Assembly (NCBI GenBank): GCA_047601445.1
Contig: JASGJH010000001.1
Location: forward strand, 2,752,001 to 2,816,000
From: Myxococcales bacterium
GTDB lineage: Bacteria > Myxococcota_A > Polyangia > Polyangiales > DASUME01
DNA length: 64,000 nt
Direction of reading: 5' to 3'
Below are positions 1 through 10,059 of this stretch, one piece after another (position 1 is the first letter of the stretch; each line of letters begins with the position of its first letter). The translations under genes and the position numbers were made by a program. The notes below the pieces were generated by a model that saw nothing but the letters and a program-made list of their open reading frames with translations, did not search any database and was not told the DNA's origin.

Positions 1-56
1 GCGCGGCGCTGACAACGGCGCTCGTCAGCCCGCCGGGGCCTTGCTAGCCTGCTCTC

Positions 57-671
57 ATGTACAGCGGCATCACGCGCGGTCTGTTCCCAGTCGTCCACGT
101 GGAGAAACGCAGCGGTGTCACGCGTTTCGACGTGGAGCTCAGCGCGGCCCTCGCGCAGGGTGCGGAGCTAGGTGCCAGCATCGCGATCGACGGCGTCTGC
201 TGCACGGTGATGGCGCTCACCGGCCAGCGCGTGGGCTTCGAAGCCATGGCCGAGACCCTCTCGCTCACCACGCTCGACGAACTCAGTGTGGGACGGCGCG
301 TGAGCGTGGAGCGCTCCTGTCGCGTGGGCGACGAACTCGGGGGCCACGATGTGTTCGGGCACATCATCGGGACCGGACGGGTGATGGCGAAGGCCTTCGT
401 GGGAGAGCAGCTCGACCTCAGCATCGGCGTGCCCGCGGCCTGGATGAAGTACGTTTCTGCCAAGGGATTCGTCGCCCTCGACGGCTCGAGCCTCACGGTG
501 GGCGAGGTCCGCGCGGACGGCTTCGATGTCCACCTGATCCCGGAGACGCAGCGACTCACCAACTTCGCCAACAAGGAGGTGGGACAGCGCGTGAACGTGG
601 AGCTGGATCCGCGCACCGTAGCCATCGTGGACACGGTGGAGCGCGTGCTCAAGGAGCGGGGCCTCGGCTGA
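57..671 (+). CDS. ribE: Riboflavin synthase (alpha chain)
   Basis: N-terminal MYSGI (MFTGI-type motif), two lumazine-binding repeats (SIAIDGVCCTV / FVALDGSSLTV), GGHDVFGH, VNVELD. Confidence 0.95.
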   Translation: MYSGITRGLFPVVHVEKRSGVTRFDVELSAALAQGAELGASIAIDGVCCTVMALTGQRVGFEAMAETLSLTTLDELSVGRRVSVERSCRVGDELGGHDVFGHIIGTGRVMAKAFVGEQLDLSIGVPAAWMKYVSAKGFVALDGSSLTVGEVRADGFDVHLIPETQRLTNFANKEVGQRVNVELDPRTVAIVDTVERVLKERGLG

Positions 672-718
672 CGTGCCCGTGACCCGCGCTGGCACGGTGT
701 TCGCTCTCACGCACGAGC

Positions 719-1363
719 ATGACGCCTAGCCTCGAGTCCAACCTGCGAGCCAAGCTCCACCGCATCATCGATGAAGTCTTCGCTGCCACTACGGACGGTG
801 CAGCGGGCAGCGAACCTCTCGCTGGCGCAGCTCCCGTGGGGGAGGAGCGTGAGCGTGCCGAGGCCCTGCTCTCGCGCTTGCGCCGGCTCGCACCCGCGCT
901 GGGCGAAGGCGAGGTCGAAAGCCCGATTCGACTGGGCGAGTTGACGGTCGACTTGGCGGGCCACGAGGTCTTCGTATCGGGTCGTCGGATTCCGCTGACG
1001 CACCGTGAATTTGGGCTCCTGCGGCACCTGGCCGTCAACCGAGGGCGCGCCTGCTCGCGCGAGGAGCTGGTGTTGAACGTGTGGGCCGACCGCGAGCTGA
1101 CATCGCTGCGCACGGTGGACATCCACGTACATCGCCTGCGCCACAAGCTCGGACCTTGCTTCAGCGAGCACCTCGAGACGCTGCGCAACGTGGGTTACAA
1201 GCTGCGCGTGGCGGTCTGGCACAAGGAAGCGCCCCAGGAAGCGCGCCCCCGGCGCGTACCGGTGCGCAACGCTGCGCACCATGAGTTGAGCGCGCTAGAT
1301 CTGCCCCGCGCCTACGCCGATGCACCTGCAAATCTCACGGCCAGCCTTGGCCCAGCGCCGTGA
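719..1363 (+). CDS. OmpR/PhoB-type winged-helix DNA-binding protein without a recognisable receiver domain
   Basis: LTHREFGLL...SREELVLNVW...RTVDIHVHRLRHKL...ETLRNVGY is the Trans_reg_C signature; N-terminus is short and low complexity. Confidence 0.8.
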   Translation: MTPSLESNLRAKLHRIIDEVFAATTDGAAGSEPLAGAAPVGEERERAEALLSRLRRLAPALGEGEVESPIRLGELTVDLAGHEVFVSGRRIPLTHREFGLLRHLAVNRGRACSREELVLNVWADRELTSLRTVDIHVHRLRHKLGPCFSEHLETLRNVGYKLRVAVWHKEAPQEARPRRVPVRNAAHHELSALDLPRAYADAPANLTASLGPAP

Positions 1364-1399
1364 CCCGTCGCGGCTGCGCGCTCGGAGGTCGTCGACTGA

Positions 1400-2206
1400 T
1401 TAGACACCGTGTTCGCGAAGCCAGCGCTTCAGGCGCTCGAATGCGTCGTCCGCCGCCGCCTTGCGATAGCTCGGCCGATAGTCCGCGTAGAAAGCGTGAG
1501 GCGCGTCCGGATACACCTCGATCTCCGAATCGACGCCGAGATTCGACAATGCCGTGCGCATGCGCTCGACGCTCTCCAGCGGGATGCTCGAGTCTGCGCC
1601 CCCGTAGAGTCCCAGCACCGGTACGCGCAGCTTCTGCACGGCGTCGATGGGGTGCTCGGGTTGCAAGGGCGAGTGATCCCCGACGAGCCGGCCGTACCAG
1701 GCCACGGCGGCCTTCAGCGCGGGTTGATGGGCTGCATAGAGCCAGGTGATGCGCCCACCCCAGCAAAAGCCCGTGACTGCCAGCCGTTTGCCGTCGGCCC
1801 CCTGCTGAGCCGCCCAGTCTGCGCACGCATCGAGATCCGAAAGCACCTGAGCATCGGGCACCTTCGCCACGACCTGACGGATGGCGTCGATGCTCGGCAA
1901 GTGCGAGACGTCCCCCTGGCGAAAGTAGAGCTCGGGAGCCACCGCAAAGTACCCGAGTTTGGCGAGCCGACGCGCCACGTCTTTGATGTGCTCGTGGACG
2001 CCGAAGATCTCCTGCACGACGAGCACCACCGGTACGCCCTCGACCTCGCTAGGAGCAGCCCGATAGGCCGGAAACTCTCCTTGCCTGCTGGGGATGGTGA
2101 CCATGCCCTCGAGCAGTCCCGCGCTGTCGGTGTGAACGCGCGTGCCCTCTACGACAGGTTGCACTGCTGCAGAAAACCCAGGCTGTCGCCCCTTGTCCTC
2201 GGCCAT
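1400..2206 (-). CDS. Dienelactone hydrolase family protein (carboxymethylenebutenolidase-like)
   Basis: QEIFGV, nucleophile motif GFCWGG, C-terminal YPDAPHAF. Confidence 0.92.
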   Translation of the reverse strand: MAEDKGRQPGFSAAVQPVVEGTRVHTDSAGLLEGMVTIPSRQGEFPAYRAAPSEVEGVPVVLVVQEIFGVHEHIKDVARRLAKLGYFAVAPELYFRQGDVSHLPSIDAIRQVVAKVPDAQVLSDLDACADWAAQQGADGKRLAVTGFCWGGRITWLYAAHQPALKAAVAWYGRLVGDHSPLQPEHPIDAVQKLRVPVLGLYGGADSSIPLESVERMRTALSNLGVDSEIEVYPDAPHAFYADYRPSYRKAAADDAFERLKRWLREHGV

Positions 2207-2259
2207 CCTGTACCCCCTCCCTGCCCTCGCGTCCTTGCCCTCACGCCGTTGCCCTCACC

Positions 2260-3027
2260 TCACACGGAGCCCGAGCTTCCTCCATCCACGTTGATGGCCA
2301 CGCCCGTCACGTAGCTCGCTGCCTCGGAAGCGAGGAAGGCGACCACGTTCGCCACCTCCTCGGCCTCTCCCACGCGCCCCAGGGGGATGTCCTTGCCGAG
2401 ATCCTTGTAGTGAGCGTCCACCTCGAGCCCACGCGCGGCGCCCATGCGCTCTTGCTGCGCGCTCTTGATCATGCCCACGCAGACCGTGTTCACCAGGATG
2501 CGGTGTTCGGCGAGCTCCTTGGAGAGCGCCTTGGTGAGGGCGATGCCAGCCGCGCGGCTGACCGAGGTCGGAAAGGATCGGGCCGGCGGGTGCTTGCCGG
2601 CTGGCGTGGTGATGTTGATGATGCGCCCGCCGCGCAGCCTGAGCTGCGGCAGGGCCGCGCGGATGGTGCGCACGGCGGCAAACAACTTGAGATCCAGATC
2701 AGCTTGCCAGAGCTCGTCGTCAGCGCCCTCGAAGGGTTTCGCGTTCGAGGTGCCCGCATTGTTCACCAGGATGTCGAGCCTGCTGAAGCGCTTCACTGTT
2801 TGCTCGATGAGGCGCTCCACGTCGGCGACCTGCGTGACGTCTGCGGCGACCGCCACGACCTCGCCGCTCTCGCGCAGCTCCTCGGCAGCCCGTTCCAACA
2901 CATCGCTCCGGCGCGCGGCGATGACGACCTTGGCGCCTTCCTGGGCCAACTTGCGTGCCGTGGCCTTGCCGATGCCTTCGCTGCCGCCCGTAATCAGAGC
3001 GACCTTGCCAGAGAGACCTAGTTCCAT
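2260..3027 (-). CDS. Short-chain dehydrogenase/reductase (SDR)
   Basis: TGGSEGIG Rossmann motif, LVNNAG, YVTG...VDGG; the catalytic YxxxK appears replaced (TSVSR). Confidence 0.9.
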   Translation of the reverse strand: MELGLSGKVALITGGSEGIGKATARKLAQEGAKVVIAARRSDVLERAAEELRESGEVVAVAADVTQVADVERLIEQTVKRFSRLDILVNNAGTSNAKPFEGADDELWQADLDLKLFAAVRTIRAALPQLRLRGGRIINITTPAGKHPPARSFPTSVSRAAGIALTKALSKELAEHRILVNTVCVGMIKSAQQERMGAARGLEVDAHYKDLGKDIPLGRVGEAEEVANVVAFLASEAASYVTGVAINVDGGSSGSV

Positions 3028-4325
3028 GCGTTTTCCCCGCTCGGCACCGCCAACGCGGGCCCACGTGCCAACTCCCCCTCGAGTGTTGGGCGATCGATCT
3101 CCTTCGTCCAGTGGGCGATGATTAGCGTCGCCACTGCGTTCCCGATCAGATTCGTGAGAGCTCGCGCCTCGGACATGAAACGGTCGATTCCCAGGATTAA
3201 AGCCAGGCCCGCGACCGGCACCGTACCCACCGACGACAACGTTGCGGCCAACACGATGAAGCCGCTGCCCGTGACCCCTGCAGCTCCCTTGGAGGTCAGC
3301 AGCAACACGGCCAACAGCGTGATCTGCTGCGTCAGCCCGAGCGGGGTGTCGGTGGCTTGGGCCACGAAGACCGCGGCCATCGTGAGGTAGATGGACGTGC
3401 CGTCGAGGTTGAACGAGTAGCCGGTAGGAATCACCAGCCCCACCACGGACTTGCTCGCGCCGAGCTTCTCGAGCTTGCTGATCATGCGCGGGAGCACCGA
3501 CTCCGAAGACGACGTGCCGAGTACGATGAGCAGCTCCTCACGTAGATAGCGCAACAGGCGCCACAGGCTGAACCCGTGCAGGCGCGCGATGGCACCCAAC
3601 ACGCCGAAGATGAACAGCAGACACGTCACGTAGAACGCCGCCATCAACTTGCCGAGTGAGAGCAGGGAACCCACGCCGTACTTGCCGATGGTGAAGGCCA
3701 TGGCGGCGAAGGCGCCGATGGGTGCCAGACGCATGATGAAGCCGACGATCACGAAGAGGACCTGCGACAGCCGCTCGACCAGCTCGAATAGGGACTTGCC
3801 GCGCTCGCCGAGGGTGTGCAGGGCGAAGCCGAACAACACTGCCAACAGGAGGACTTGCAGAATCTCGCCCTTGGCGAAGGCGTCGACGATGGTGGTGGGG
3901 ATGACGTTGAGCAGGAACTCCGTGGTGCTCCCGAGTTTGCCGGGCGCCGCATAGGCATCGAGGCCCGAGGTGTCGAGGCTGCGCGGATCGATGTGCATGC
4001 CCTGCCCGGGCTTGGCCAGGTTCACCACCGCGAGCCCCACCATCAGCGCGATGGTGCTGACGACCTCGAAGTACATCAGGGCCAGGGCGCCGGTCTTGCC
4101 GACGCGTTTCATGTCCTTCATCCCCGCGATGCCCGTGACCACCGTGCAAAAGATGATGGGCGCGATGGTCATTTTGATGAGCTTGATGAAGGCATCGCCC
4201 AGGGGCTTCATCGCGGCACCGCCGCTCGGTGAGAGCCAGCCGAGTGCCACGCCGAGCGCGATGGCGAGCAGGACCTGCACGTAGAGGCGACCGGAGCTCG
4301 AGCGCGGAGGAGTGGCTGCAGTCAC
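3018..4325 (-). CDS. dctA: C4-dicarboxylate/aspartate:H+ symporter (DAACS family)
   Basis: [46 protein letters not shown]; start re-assigned to in-frame GTG at 4325 (approximate). Confidence 0.93.
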   Translation of the reverse strand: MTAATPPRSSSGRLYVQVLLAIALGVALGWLSPSGGAAMKPLGDAFIKLIKMTIAPIIFCTVVTGIAGMKDMKRVGKTGALALMYFEVVSTIALMVGLAVVNLAKPGQGMHIDPRSLDTSGLDAYAAPGKLGSTTEFLLNVIPTTIVDAFAKGEILQVLLLAVLFGFALHTLGERGKSLFELVERLSQVLFVIVGFIMRLAPIGAFAAMAFTIGKYGVGSLLSLGKLMAAFYVTCLLFIFGVLGAIARLHGFSLWRLLRYLREELLIVLGTSSSESVLPRMISKLEKLGASKSVVGLVIPTGYSFNLDGTSIYLTMAAVFVAQATDTPLGLTQQITLLAVLLLTSKGAAGVTGSGFIVLAATLSSVGTVPVAGLALILGIDRFMSEARALTNLIGNAVATLIIAHWTKEIDRPTLEGELARGPALAVPSGENAWN

Positions 4326-4396
4326 CCCCGAGATGTCGCTCGCTTTGGCCCGCTTTGCAAGACCTCCCGGTGAGGCTCCTGGTCTGTCGATCCTGC

Positions 4397-5605
4397 CTAA
4401 AGGGCCCGTCGGGGCGGAAGCGCGCTGGCGGACACGAGCAAGCCCGTGGCGAGCGCGACGGCGATCACGGCCACCGAGAACGCGCTGCGCACCCCCTCGA
4501 GCGGCTGCTCGGTCCACAGGGCACTCACGCTTTGAAAGCCGAGGCTCCCGGGGAGCAGCACGAACATGCCCGGAACGATGGTGAGCAGGGCTGGTCGATG
4601 GAGCCAACGCGCCACCGCGTTGCCGAACACGCCCACGCTCAGGGCGCCGATGAAGGCCCCGAGTTCGATGCCCACGAGGCTCGTGCCGAAGCGCGAGCTG
4701 AAGAACCCGATCACGCCTGCAGCCAGTGCCCAGGGCAGGTCACGTCGACCAATCTTCAGCTGAAACGTGAGGGCCAGCATGGCGGGCAGCAGCAGGACGC
4801 ATTGCAGCAAGAAGGGCAACGCGCGGTGCGGGTGGCTGCGCAGGGATTCGTCGAGCAGGCGCGCGAGCTGCGAGCCGAGCGCCACCCCGAACATGAGCTG
4901 CACGAACACCATGGCCGCCGAGACCAGCCGCGAAGTGCCGGCGAGCAAATCTTTGGAGGCGAGTTCCTCGCTGGCGATCACCAAGGTCAAGCCTGGCAGC
5001 AGCGGGAGGAGCGCCGCCAGGTTCGCGACCTGCGGAGAGATGGGGCCGAACAGGGCGGCGCACCCCACCACGGACGCGCCGACCAACGCCGCCGCCAACG
5101 CCACGAACTCATGGTTCAAGCGGCCCCAGCGCTGGGTCGCCACGCTCAGGCACGCCACGAGTCCACCGGCCACCGTCGCAGCGGCCGCTTCGTACAGCCC
5201 GCCGCCCAGCAAGAACCCCCAGCTCCCCGCGCCGACGGCGCGCACCAGCACGCTGCGCAGATGACGAGGCGGAGGCAGCTCGGCGCGTAGATTGAGGATG
5301 CGCTCGTGAAGCTCGTGGCTATCGAACTCGCCGTGCATGAATGCCTCCACGATGCCGTCGAGGCGGGACAACTTGCCCAGGTCGAGGTCACGGGGTTCGA
5401 CGCGGGCGAGTGCGGTCTGCAAGTGCGTCAGGGGCCCGAAAGACACGATCAAGCAGGTGACCGTGGCAAACACTTGAATCTTCATGGACAGCTTGACTGC
5501 CACGCGAAGCAGCGTGTTCTCGAGGCGGCGGGCAGGCGTGCCGTAGGCGTTGAGAGCCTTTCCGAGCTCCAAAATCAGGGCTATTTCTACTTCGGGTCGA
5601 GCCAT
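4397..5605 (-). CDS. Threonine/serine exporter family protein (ThrE-like, two-domain)
   Basis: [28 protein letters not shown] repeated in two hydrophobic halves, about 10 TM segments; ATG at 5605 chosen. Confidence 0.85.
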   Translation of the reverse strand: MARPEVEIALILELGKALNAYGTPARRLENTLLRVAVKLSMKIQVFATVTCLIVSFGPLTHLQTALARVEPRDLDLGKLSRLDGIVEAFMHGEFDSHELHERILNLRAELPPPRHLRSVLVRAVGAGSWGFLLGGGLYEAAAATVAGGLVACLSVATQRWGRLNHEFVALAAALVGASVVGCAALFGPISPQVANLAALLPLLPGLTLVIASEELASKDLLAGTSRLVSAAMVFVQLMFGVALGSQLARLLDESLRSHPHRALPFLLQCVLLLPAMLALTFQLKIGRRDLPWALAAGVIGFFSSRFGTSLVGIELGAFIGALSVGVFGNAVARWLHRPALLTIVPGMFVLLPGSLGFQSVSALWTEQPLEGVRSAFSVAVIAVALATGLLVSASALPPRRAL

Positions 5606-5980
5606 GTCGTCTCGTTGGGGCAGCGTCGTCCGTTGCAGCAACTGCGCCGGTCCTTGTGCGAGAGCGTGTGCGGGGGACCGCCGGCAAGCAGTGAGCGCCG
5701 TGCACGCCCGTCATTCGACCGGGTCGCTGCGGAAGGTGCGAGTGCGCGCTCTAGCGGCGGAGCTACCGGTGTTCAGATAGGAGTCAGCGAGCCGAAGCTA
5801 GCGCCACGCCAACCCGGTGACGTGCATGTTGGAGTCCGTGACCACTGCTGCGTCGAGAGCCCGAAGCGGCACTCTGGAGCGTGCCGCTCCTCGCACGCCT
5901 GTGGCCGTCTCGATGCCCACCAGCTGGCGCCGTGTCTTCACTTGCCCGCCGCGGGCCTTCGCTCGGCCAGAGGTATCTGC

Positions 5981-7612
5981 ATGACCATCCACCAGCGCCC
6001 GTCGCCCATCTTGAAGCGCCCCGAGCTGAGCCCCTTCGAGCTCAAGGACGAGCTGATCCACTTCGCCAAGGACTACTCACAGCGCAAGTCGGCGACGCAC
6101 GCCTTCTTGAATGCCGGGAGAGGCAACCCCAACTGGGTCGCCACCACGCCTCGCGAGGCGTTCTTCTTGCTCGGGCAATTCGCGCTCGACGAGAGCAAGC
6201 GGATCTGGAACGAGCCCGACATCGGCGGCATGCCGCACGCCGAAGGAGCCGCCGTACGACTGCGCGAGTTCATGCGCCGGGTGCCCCAGACGGAGGGCGC
6301 GGACCTGCTACAGCGTGGGCTCGACTACGCCGTCACCGAGCTCGGCTTCGACGCCGACAACTTCGTGCATGAGCTGGTGGACTCCATCGTCGGCGACAAC
6401 TACCCCGAGCCCGACCGCATGCTGCATCACGCGGAGGCCGTGGTGCACCGCTACTTGATGAAGGAGATGTGCGACGACCGACCGCCCTCGGGCAAATACG
6501 ATCTATTTGCGGTGGAAGGTGGCACGGCTGCCATGTGTTACGTGTTCCGCAGCTTGATGGAGAACGGCATCCTCGAGCGCGGGGACACCATCGCCCTCGG
6601 GGTGCCAATCTTCACGCCCTATCTCGAGATCCCACGCCTCAACGACTACGGTCTCGACGTGGTGGAGATCCATCAATGCGAGATGCCCGACGGCCAAAAC
6701 GCCTGGCAATACCCGGACAGCGAGCTCGACAAGCTGCTCGACCCCAGGATCAAGGCGTTCTTCATCGTAAACCCGTCGAATCCTGCGTCGTTTGCGGTGT
6801 CCGACCACTCGCACCGCTATCTCGCCAACCTGATCCGGGCCGCGCGTCCGGATCTGATCATCTTGACCGACGATGTGTACGGCACCTTCGTGCCTGGCTT
6901 CCGCTCGTTCGCTGCGGAGATGCCGCGCAACACCATCCTGGTCTATTCTTACTCCAAGCACTTCGGCTGCACGGGCTGGCGACTCGGCGTGGTGGCACTA
7001 CACGAGGACAACGTGATCGACGACCTTTTGGCCCGACAATCGTCACGCCAGAAGGCTCGCTTGCGTCAGCGCTACGGAACCATCAGCGAGTCTCCGGACA
7101 ACATCAAGTTCATCGATCGGCTGGTGGCCGACAGCCGCGACGTGGCGCTCAACCACACCGCCGGACTGTCGCCGCCTCAGCAGGCCCAGATGACCCTGTT
7201 CTCGCTGTTCGCGCTGCTGGACTGGGAAGATCGGTACAAGCGACGCTGCCGCGCCATCGTCGCGGAACGTCTGGGCGCCCTCGAGCGCGGCCTCGGCGTG
7301 CAGGTGCCGAAGAGTCCATTGCGGGCCGGCTACTACGTAGAGCTCGATCTCGAAGCCTGGGGACGCAAGGCCGCCGGCGAGGAGTTCTTGCTCTACGTGG
7401 CCCAGCACAGCGAGCCCCTGGATATCGTGATCACGCTGGCGCGCCAGCACGGCACCGTGTTGCTGAACGGGAGTGGCTTCGATGGCCCCGCCTGGTCGGC
7501 GCGCGTCTCTCTCGCGAACTTGAACGCGGACGAGTACGAAGCCATCGGCCGTGATTTGGCGGAGATCTGTCGGCAGGCGTTGGAGCGCTGGAAGCGCCAC
7601 GAAGCGCACTAG
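5981..7612 (+). CDS. aspD: Aspartate 4-decarboxylase (PLP-dependent, bifunctional aminotransferase)
   Basis: LSPFELKD, LNAGRGNPNW, EGGTAAM, VNPSNP, TDDVY, YSYSKHFGCTGWRLG (PLP lysine), ALNHTAGLS; ATG at 5981 in frame with ORF 5306..7612. Confidence 0.95.
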   Translation: MTIHQRPSPILKRPELSPFELKDELIHFAKDYSQRKSATHAFLNAGRGNPNWVATTPREAFFLLGQFALDESKRIWNEPDIGGMPHAEGAAVRLREFMRRVPQTEGADLLQRGLDYAVTELGFDADNFVHELVDSIVGDNYPEPDRMLHHAEAVVHRYLMKEMCDDRPPSGKYDLFAVEGGTAAMCYVFRSLMENGILERGDTIALGVPIFTPYLEIPRLNDYGLDVVEIHQCEMPDGQNAWQYPDSELDKLLDPRIKAFFIVNPSNPASFAVSDHSHRYLANLIRAARPDLIILTDDVYGTFVPGFRSFAAEMPRNTILVYSYSKHFGCTGWRLGVVALHEDNVIDDLLARQSSRQKARLRQRYGTISESPDNIKFIDRLVADSRDVALNHTAGLSPPQQAQMTLFSLFALLDWEDRYKRRCRAIVAERLGALERGLGVQVPKSPLRAGYYVELDLEAWGRKAAGEEFLLYVAQHSEPLDIVITLARQHGTVLLNGSGFDGPAWSARVSLANLNADEYEAIGRDLAEICRQALERWKRHEAH

Positions 7613-7688
7613 TTCGGGCGCACGAGAGCGAACACTTCCCAAGTAAGGCCCCGAGTCTGCGCGTCGTAAGGCGGCACACCGCGTGCAC

Positions 7689-8963
7689 ATGAGTGCGCCC
7701 GTGGACCGTTCGACCGTCATCGTAGAAGACCTCATCCCGAGCTCACCGGAAGCCGCGGTGCTGACGCTGCAACGCGGCGTCTCCCCGTGGGCGAGCTGGA
7801 CCTTTCATCCCACCGACGCAGGAAGCGAAATCACTGTGGGATCGGCCAGCCACTGCGACTGGCAGGTGCTCGCCCCCGGGATTCCTGCGGTCGCGCTGCG
7901 TTTCACGGGTCACGAGCTCTTCGTGTGGGTCGAGGAGGTCCAAGCCAACATTCGCTGCAACGGCGCCACACTGTCCGCCGGCTTCACGCAGTTGCGCCAC
8001 GAGGACCAGCTGGATCTCGGCTCGGCCCGCCTTCGCGTGTGGTTGGGCTCGCGCTTGGCCGAAGCGGCCAGACCGAGCATGCCCGGCGCGGAGGGCCCTG
8101 CTTGCGTGGAGCTGCGCGTCGCGCATGGCACGTCGCGCACCACGCGCTGGCGCTTTCTCGAAGCCGACGTGGGCCGCGCAGTGACCGTGGGCTCGGCCGA
8201 GGAGTGCGACATCAAGATCCGCGCGAGCGGCGTGGCACGCCTCGAGCTGACGGTGCTCTATGCGGGCGATACGCTGCTGGTCAAGAGTGCGCGACCCGAG
8301 GGCGCCAAGCTCAACGGGAAATTCCTGCCCGAGGAGTGGCTCTTCGTTCAAGACGGCGACCGCATCAAGTTCGGCAAGGCCTGCCTGGAGGTGCGCAGCA
8401 TCCCAGGGGCGAGCGAAGGCCCGCGTCCGGCCGCTGACTCGGAACGCTCGCGCAAGCTCACGATGACGCGCGAGCTGTTCGTCGAACCTCGAGGTCCGTT
8501 ACGCGAGAAGGTGATCAGCGGCAACGGTGTTCCGCAGGCAGCCGCGGTGGCCGCCAACCGGACCCTGCGCATGATCGAGATTCCCTACCCGGAAGCAGCG
8601 CGCCCGCAGCCGAGCGCTCGGCCCGTGGTGCCGGTCGTCCCGCCGCCGCGCGCGCTGCCTGTCCTTCCACGTCCGAGCCAGCTTCCAAGGCCAGCGCCTG
8701 CCGCCACGGCTGTCGCGCTACGTGTAGCGAGCCCGGTGCCGCCACCGCCTCGACTGCCAGCCCCTGCATTGCCAGCGCCTGCATTGCCGGCACCCGCATT
8801 GCCCGCGCCCAAGCTACCCGAGGGTGACGCCATGGGCTGTCTGTTCGAAGCGAAGCGCTCCAACGCAGGCGTCACCCCGTGGCGCGCCGCAGGGGTCCTC
8901 GTGTTGCTGGCGTCCTATCTAGGATGGCTGGCGCTCCTCGAGCGCTGGTGGCCGGGGTGGTAA
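7689..8963 (+). CDS. Tandem FHA-like domain protein with Pro-rich linker and C-terminal membrane anchor
   Basis: Two repeats (ITVGSASHCDWQV...LRHEDQLDLG / VTVGSAEECDIKI...VQDGDRIKFG), PAPAL repeats, hydrophobic C-terminus. Confidence 0.65.
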   Translation: MSAPVDRSTVIVEDLIPSSPEAAVLTLQRGVSPWASWTFHPTDAGSEITVGSASHCDWQVLAPGIPAVALRFTGHELFVWVEEVQANIRCNGATLSAGFTQLRHEDQLDLGSARLRVWLGSRLAEAARPSMPGAEGPACVELRVAHGTSRTTRWRFLEADVGRAVTVGSAEECDIKIRASGVARLELTVLYAGDTLLVKSARPEGAKLNGKFLPEEWLFVQDGDRIKFGKACLEVRSIPGASEGPRPAADSERSRKLTMTRELFVEPRGPLREKVISGNGVPQAAAVAANRTLRMIEIPYPEAARPQPSARPVVPVVPPPRALPVLPRPSQLPRPAPAATAVALRVASPVPPPPRLPAPALPAPALPAPALPAPKLPEGDAMGCLFEAKRSNAGVTPWRAAGVLVLLASYLGWLALLERWWPGW

Positions 8964-9009
8964 GGCACGCGCAGGGGACGCATTCGCAGGCCTCGAGTAG
9001 ACTCGGCCC

Positions 9010-9993
9010 ATGCGCGCATTCGTGACCGGTGGCTCCGGCTTCGTGGGCAAGCAGTTGATCCGACAACTCCGCGAACGCGGCCACGAGGTTCGCGCCCTGG
9101 CGCGCTCGAAGGCCTCGGAGCAGGCGGTACGCGAGCTCGGCGCGCTCGCGGTCGCTGGTGATCTCGACGACGAGGCCGCCATGCGAGAGGGCATGCGCGG
9201 TTGTGACTGGGTGTTCCACGCCGCCGCCAAGGTAGAGGTGTGGGGTAAGCGAGAGGACTTCGACCGCGTCACGGTGCAAGGCACTCGGCGTGCCCTCGCA
9301 GCGGCGCGCGCGGCGGCCGTACAACGCTTCGTGCACGTGTCGACCGAAGCCGTGTTGGTCGGTGGACCGAAGTTGATTGACGCGGACGAGACCTGGCCTC
9401 TGCCCCAGCATCCGCTCGGCCTCTATCCCTGGTCCAAGGGCTTGGCCGAAGCGGAGGTGCGTGCGGCGGCTCGCGATGGCCTGCACGCGGTCATCGTGCG
9501 CCCGCGCGCCATCTGGGGCGCTGGAGACACGGTGCTGCTGCCGCGTCTGTGCAAGCTGGTGGACGACGGGAAGTTCGCCTGGATCGGCGGCGGCCACGCA
9601 CTCACCTCCACCTGTCACGTCAAGAACGTGTGCGCGGGCCTGATCGCTGCAGCGGAACGAGGACGCTGCGGGGAGACGTACTTCGTGACCGATGGGGCTC
9701 CGCTCAGCTATCGGGCCTATCTCGGCGGCATGCTGGAGGCGCTGGGCCGAGACACGCGCAACATCCGGAGTGTGCCGCTGTTGCTGGCGCGCACCCTCGC
9801 GGTTCTTTTGGAGGCCTGGTGGCGGCTCAGCAGGAGCTCTGGCGAACCACCGCTCACACGCAGCGCAGTGGCGCTCGTCGGCGAACAGGTCACCGTCAAC
9901 GATCACAAGGCACGCACCGAGCTCGCGTACCGCCCCGTCATTTCGCGCGAGGATGGGCTCGCCGAGCTCCGGAGCGCGGGCCTCGGCGCCTGA
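9010..9993 (+). CDS. NAD-dependent epimerase/dehydratase (extended SDR, 3-beta-HSD-like)
   Basis: TGGSGFVG, VFHAAA, YPWSK (YxxxK), VRPRAIWG. Confidence 0.9.
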   Translation: MRAFVTGGSGFVGKQLIRQLRERGHEVRALARSKASEQAVRELGALAVAGDLDDEAAMREGMRGCDWVFHAAAKVEVWGKREDFDRVTVQGTRRALAAARAAAVQRFVHVSTEAVLVGGPKLIDADETWPLPQHPLGLYPWSKGLAEAEVRAAARDGLHAVIVRPRAIWGAGDTVLLPRLCKLVDDGKFAWIGGGHALTSTCHVKNVCAGLIAAAERGRCGETYFVTDGAPLSYRAYLGGMLEALGRDTRNIRSVPLLLARTLAVLLEAWWRLSRSSGEPPLTRSAVALVGEQVTVNDHKARTELAYRPVISREDGLAELRSAGLGA

Positions 9994-10059
9994 CCAGGCG
10001 ACAGCGGGACCATCGGGCCGCGGCCGCTCGCCGCGCAGGGAATCGGGTAAGCTTGCAGC

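Noticed and set aside
57..671. Riboflavin synthase as part of the F420 locus
   Set aside because: The pathways share a precursor, but the gene is about 47 kb away with core genes in between; no evidence of linkage.
5306..5980. 225-aa N-terminal extension of aspartate 4-decarboxylase
   Set aside because: It overlaps the divergent thrE-like gene, and family similarity begins only after ATG 5981.
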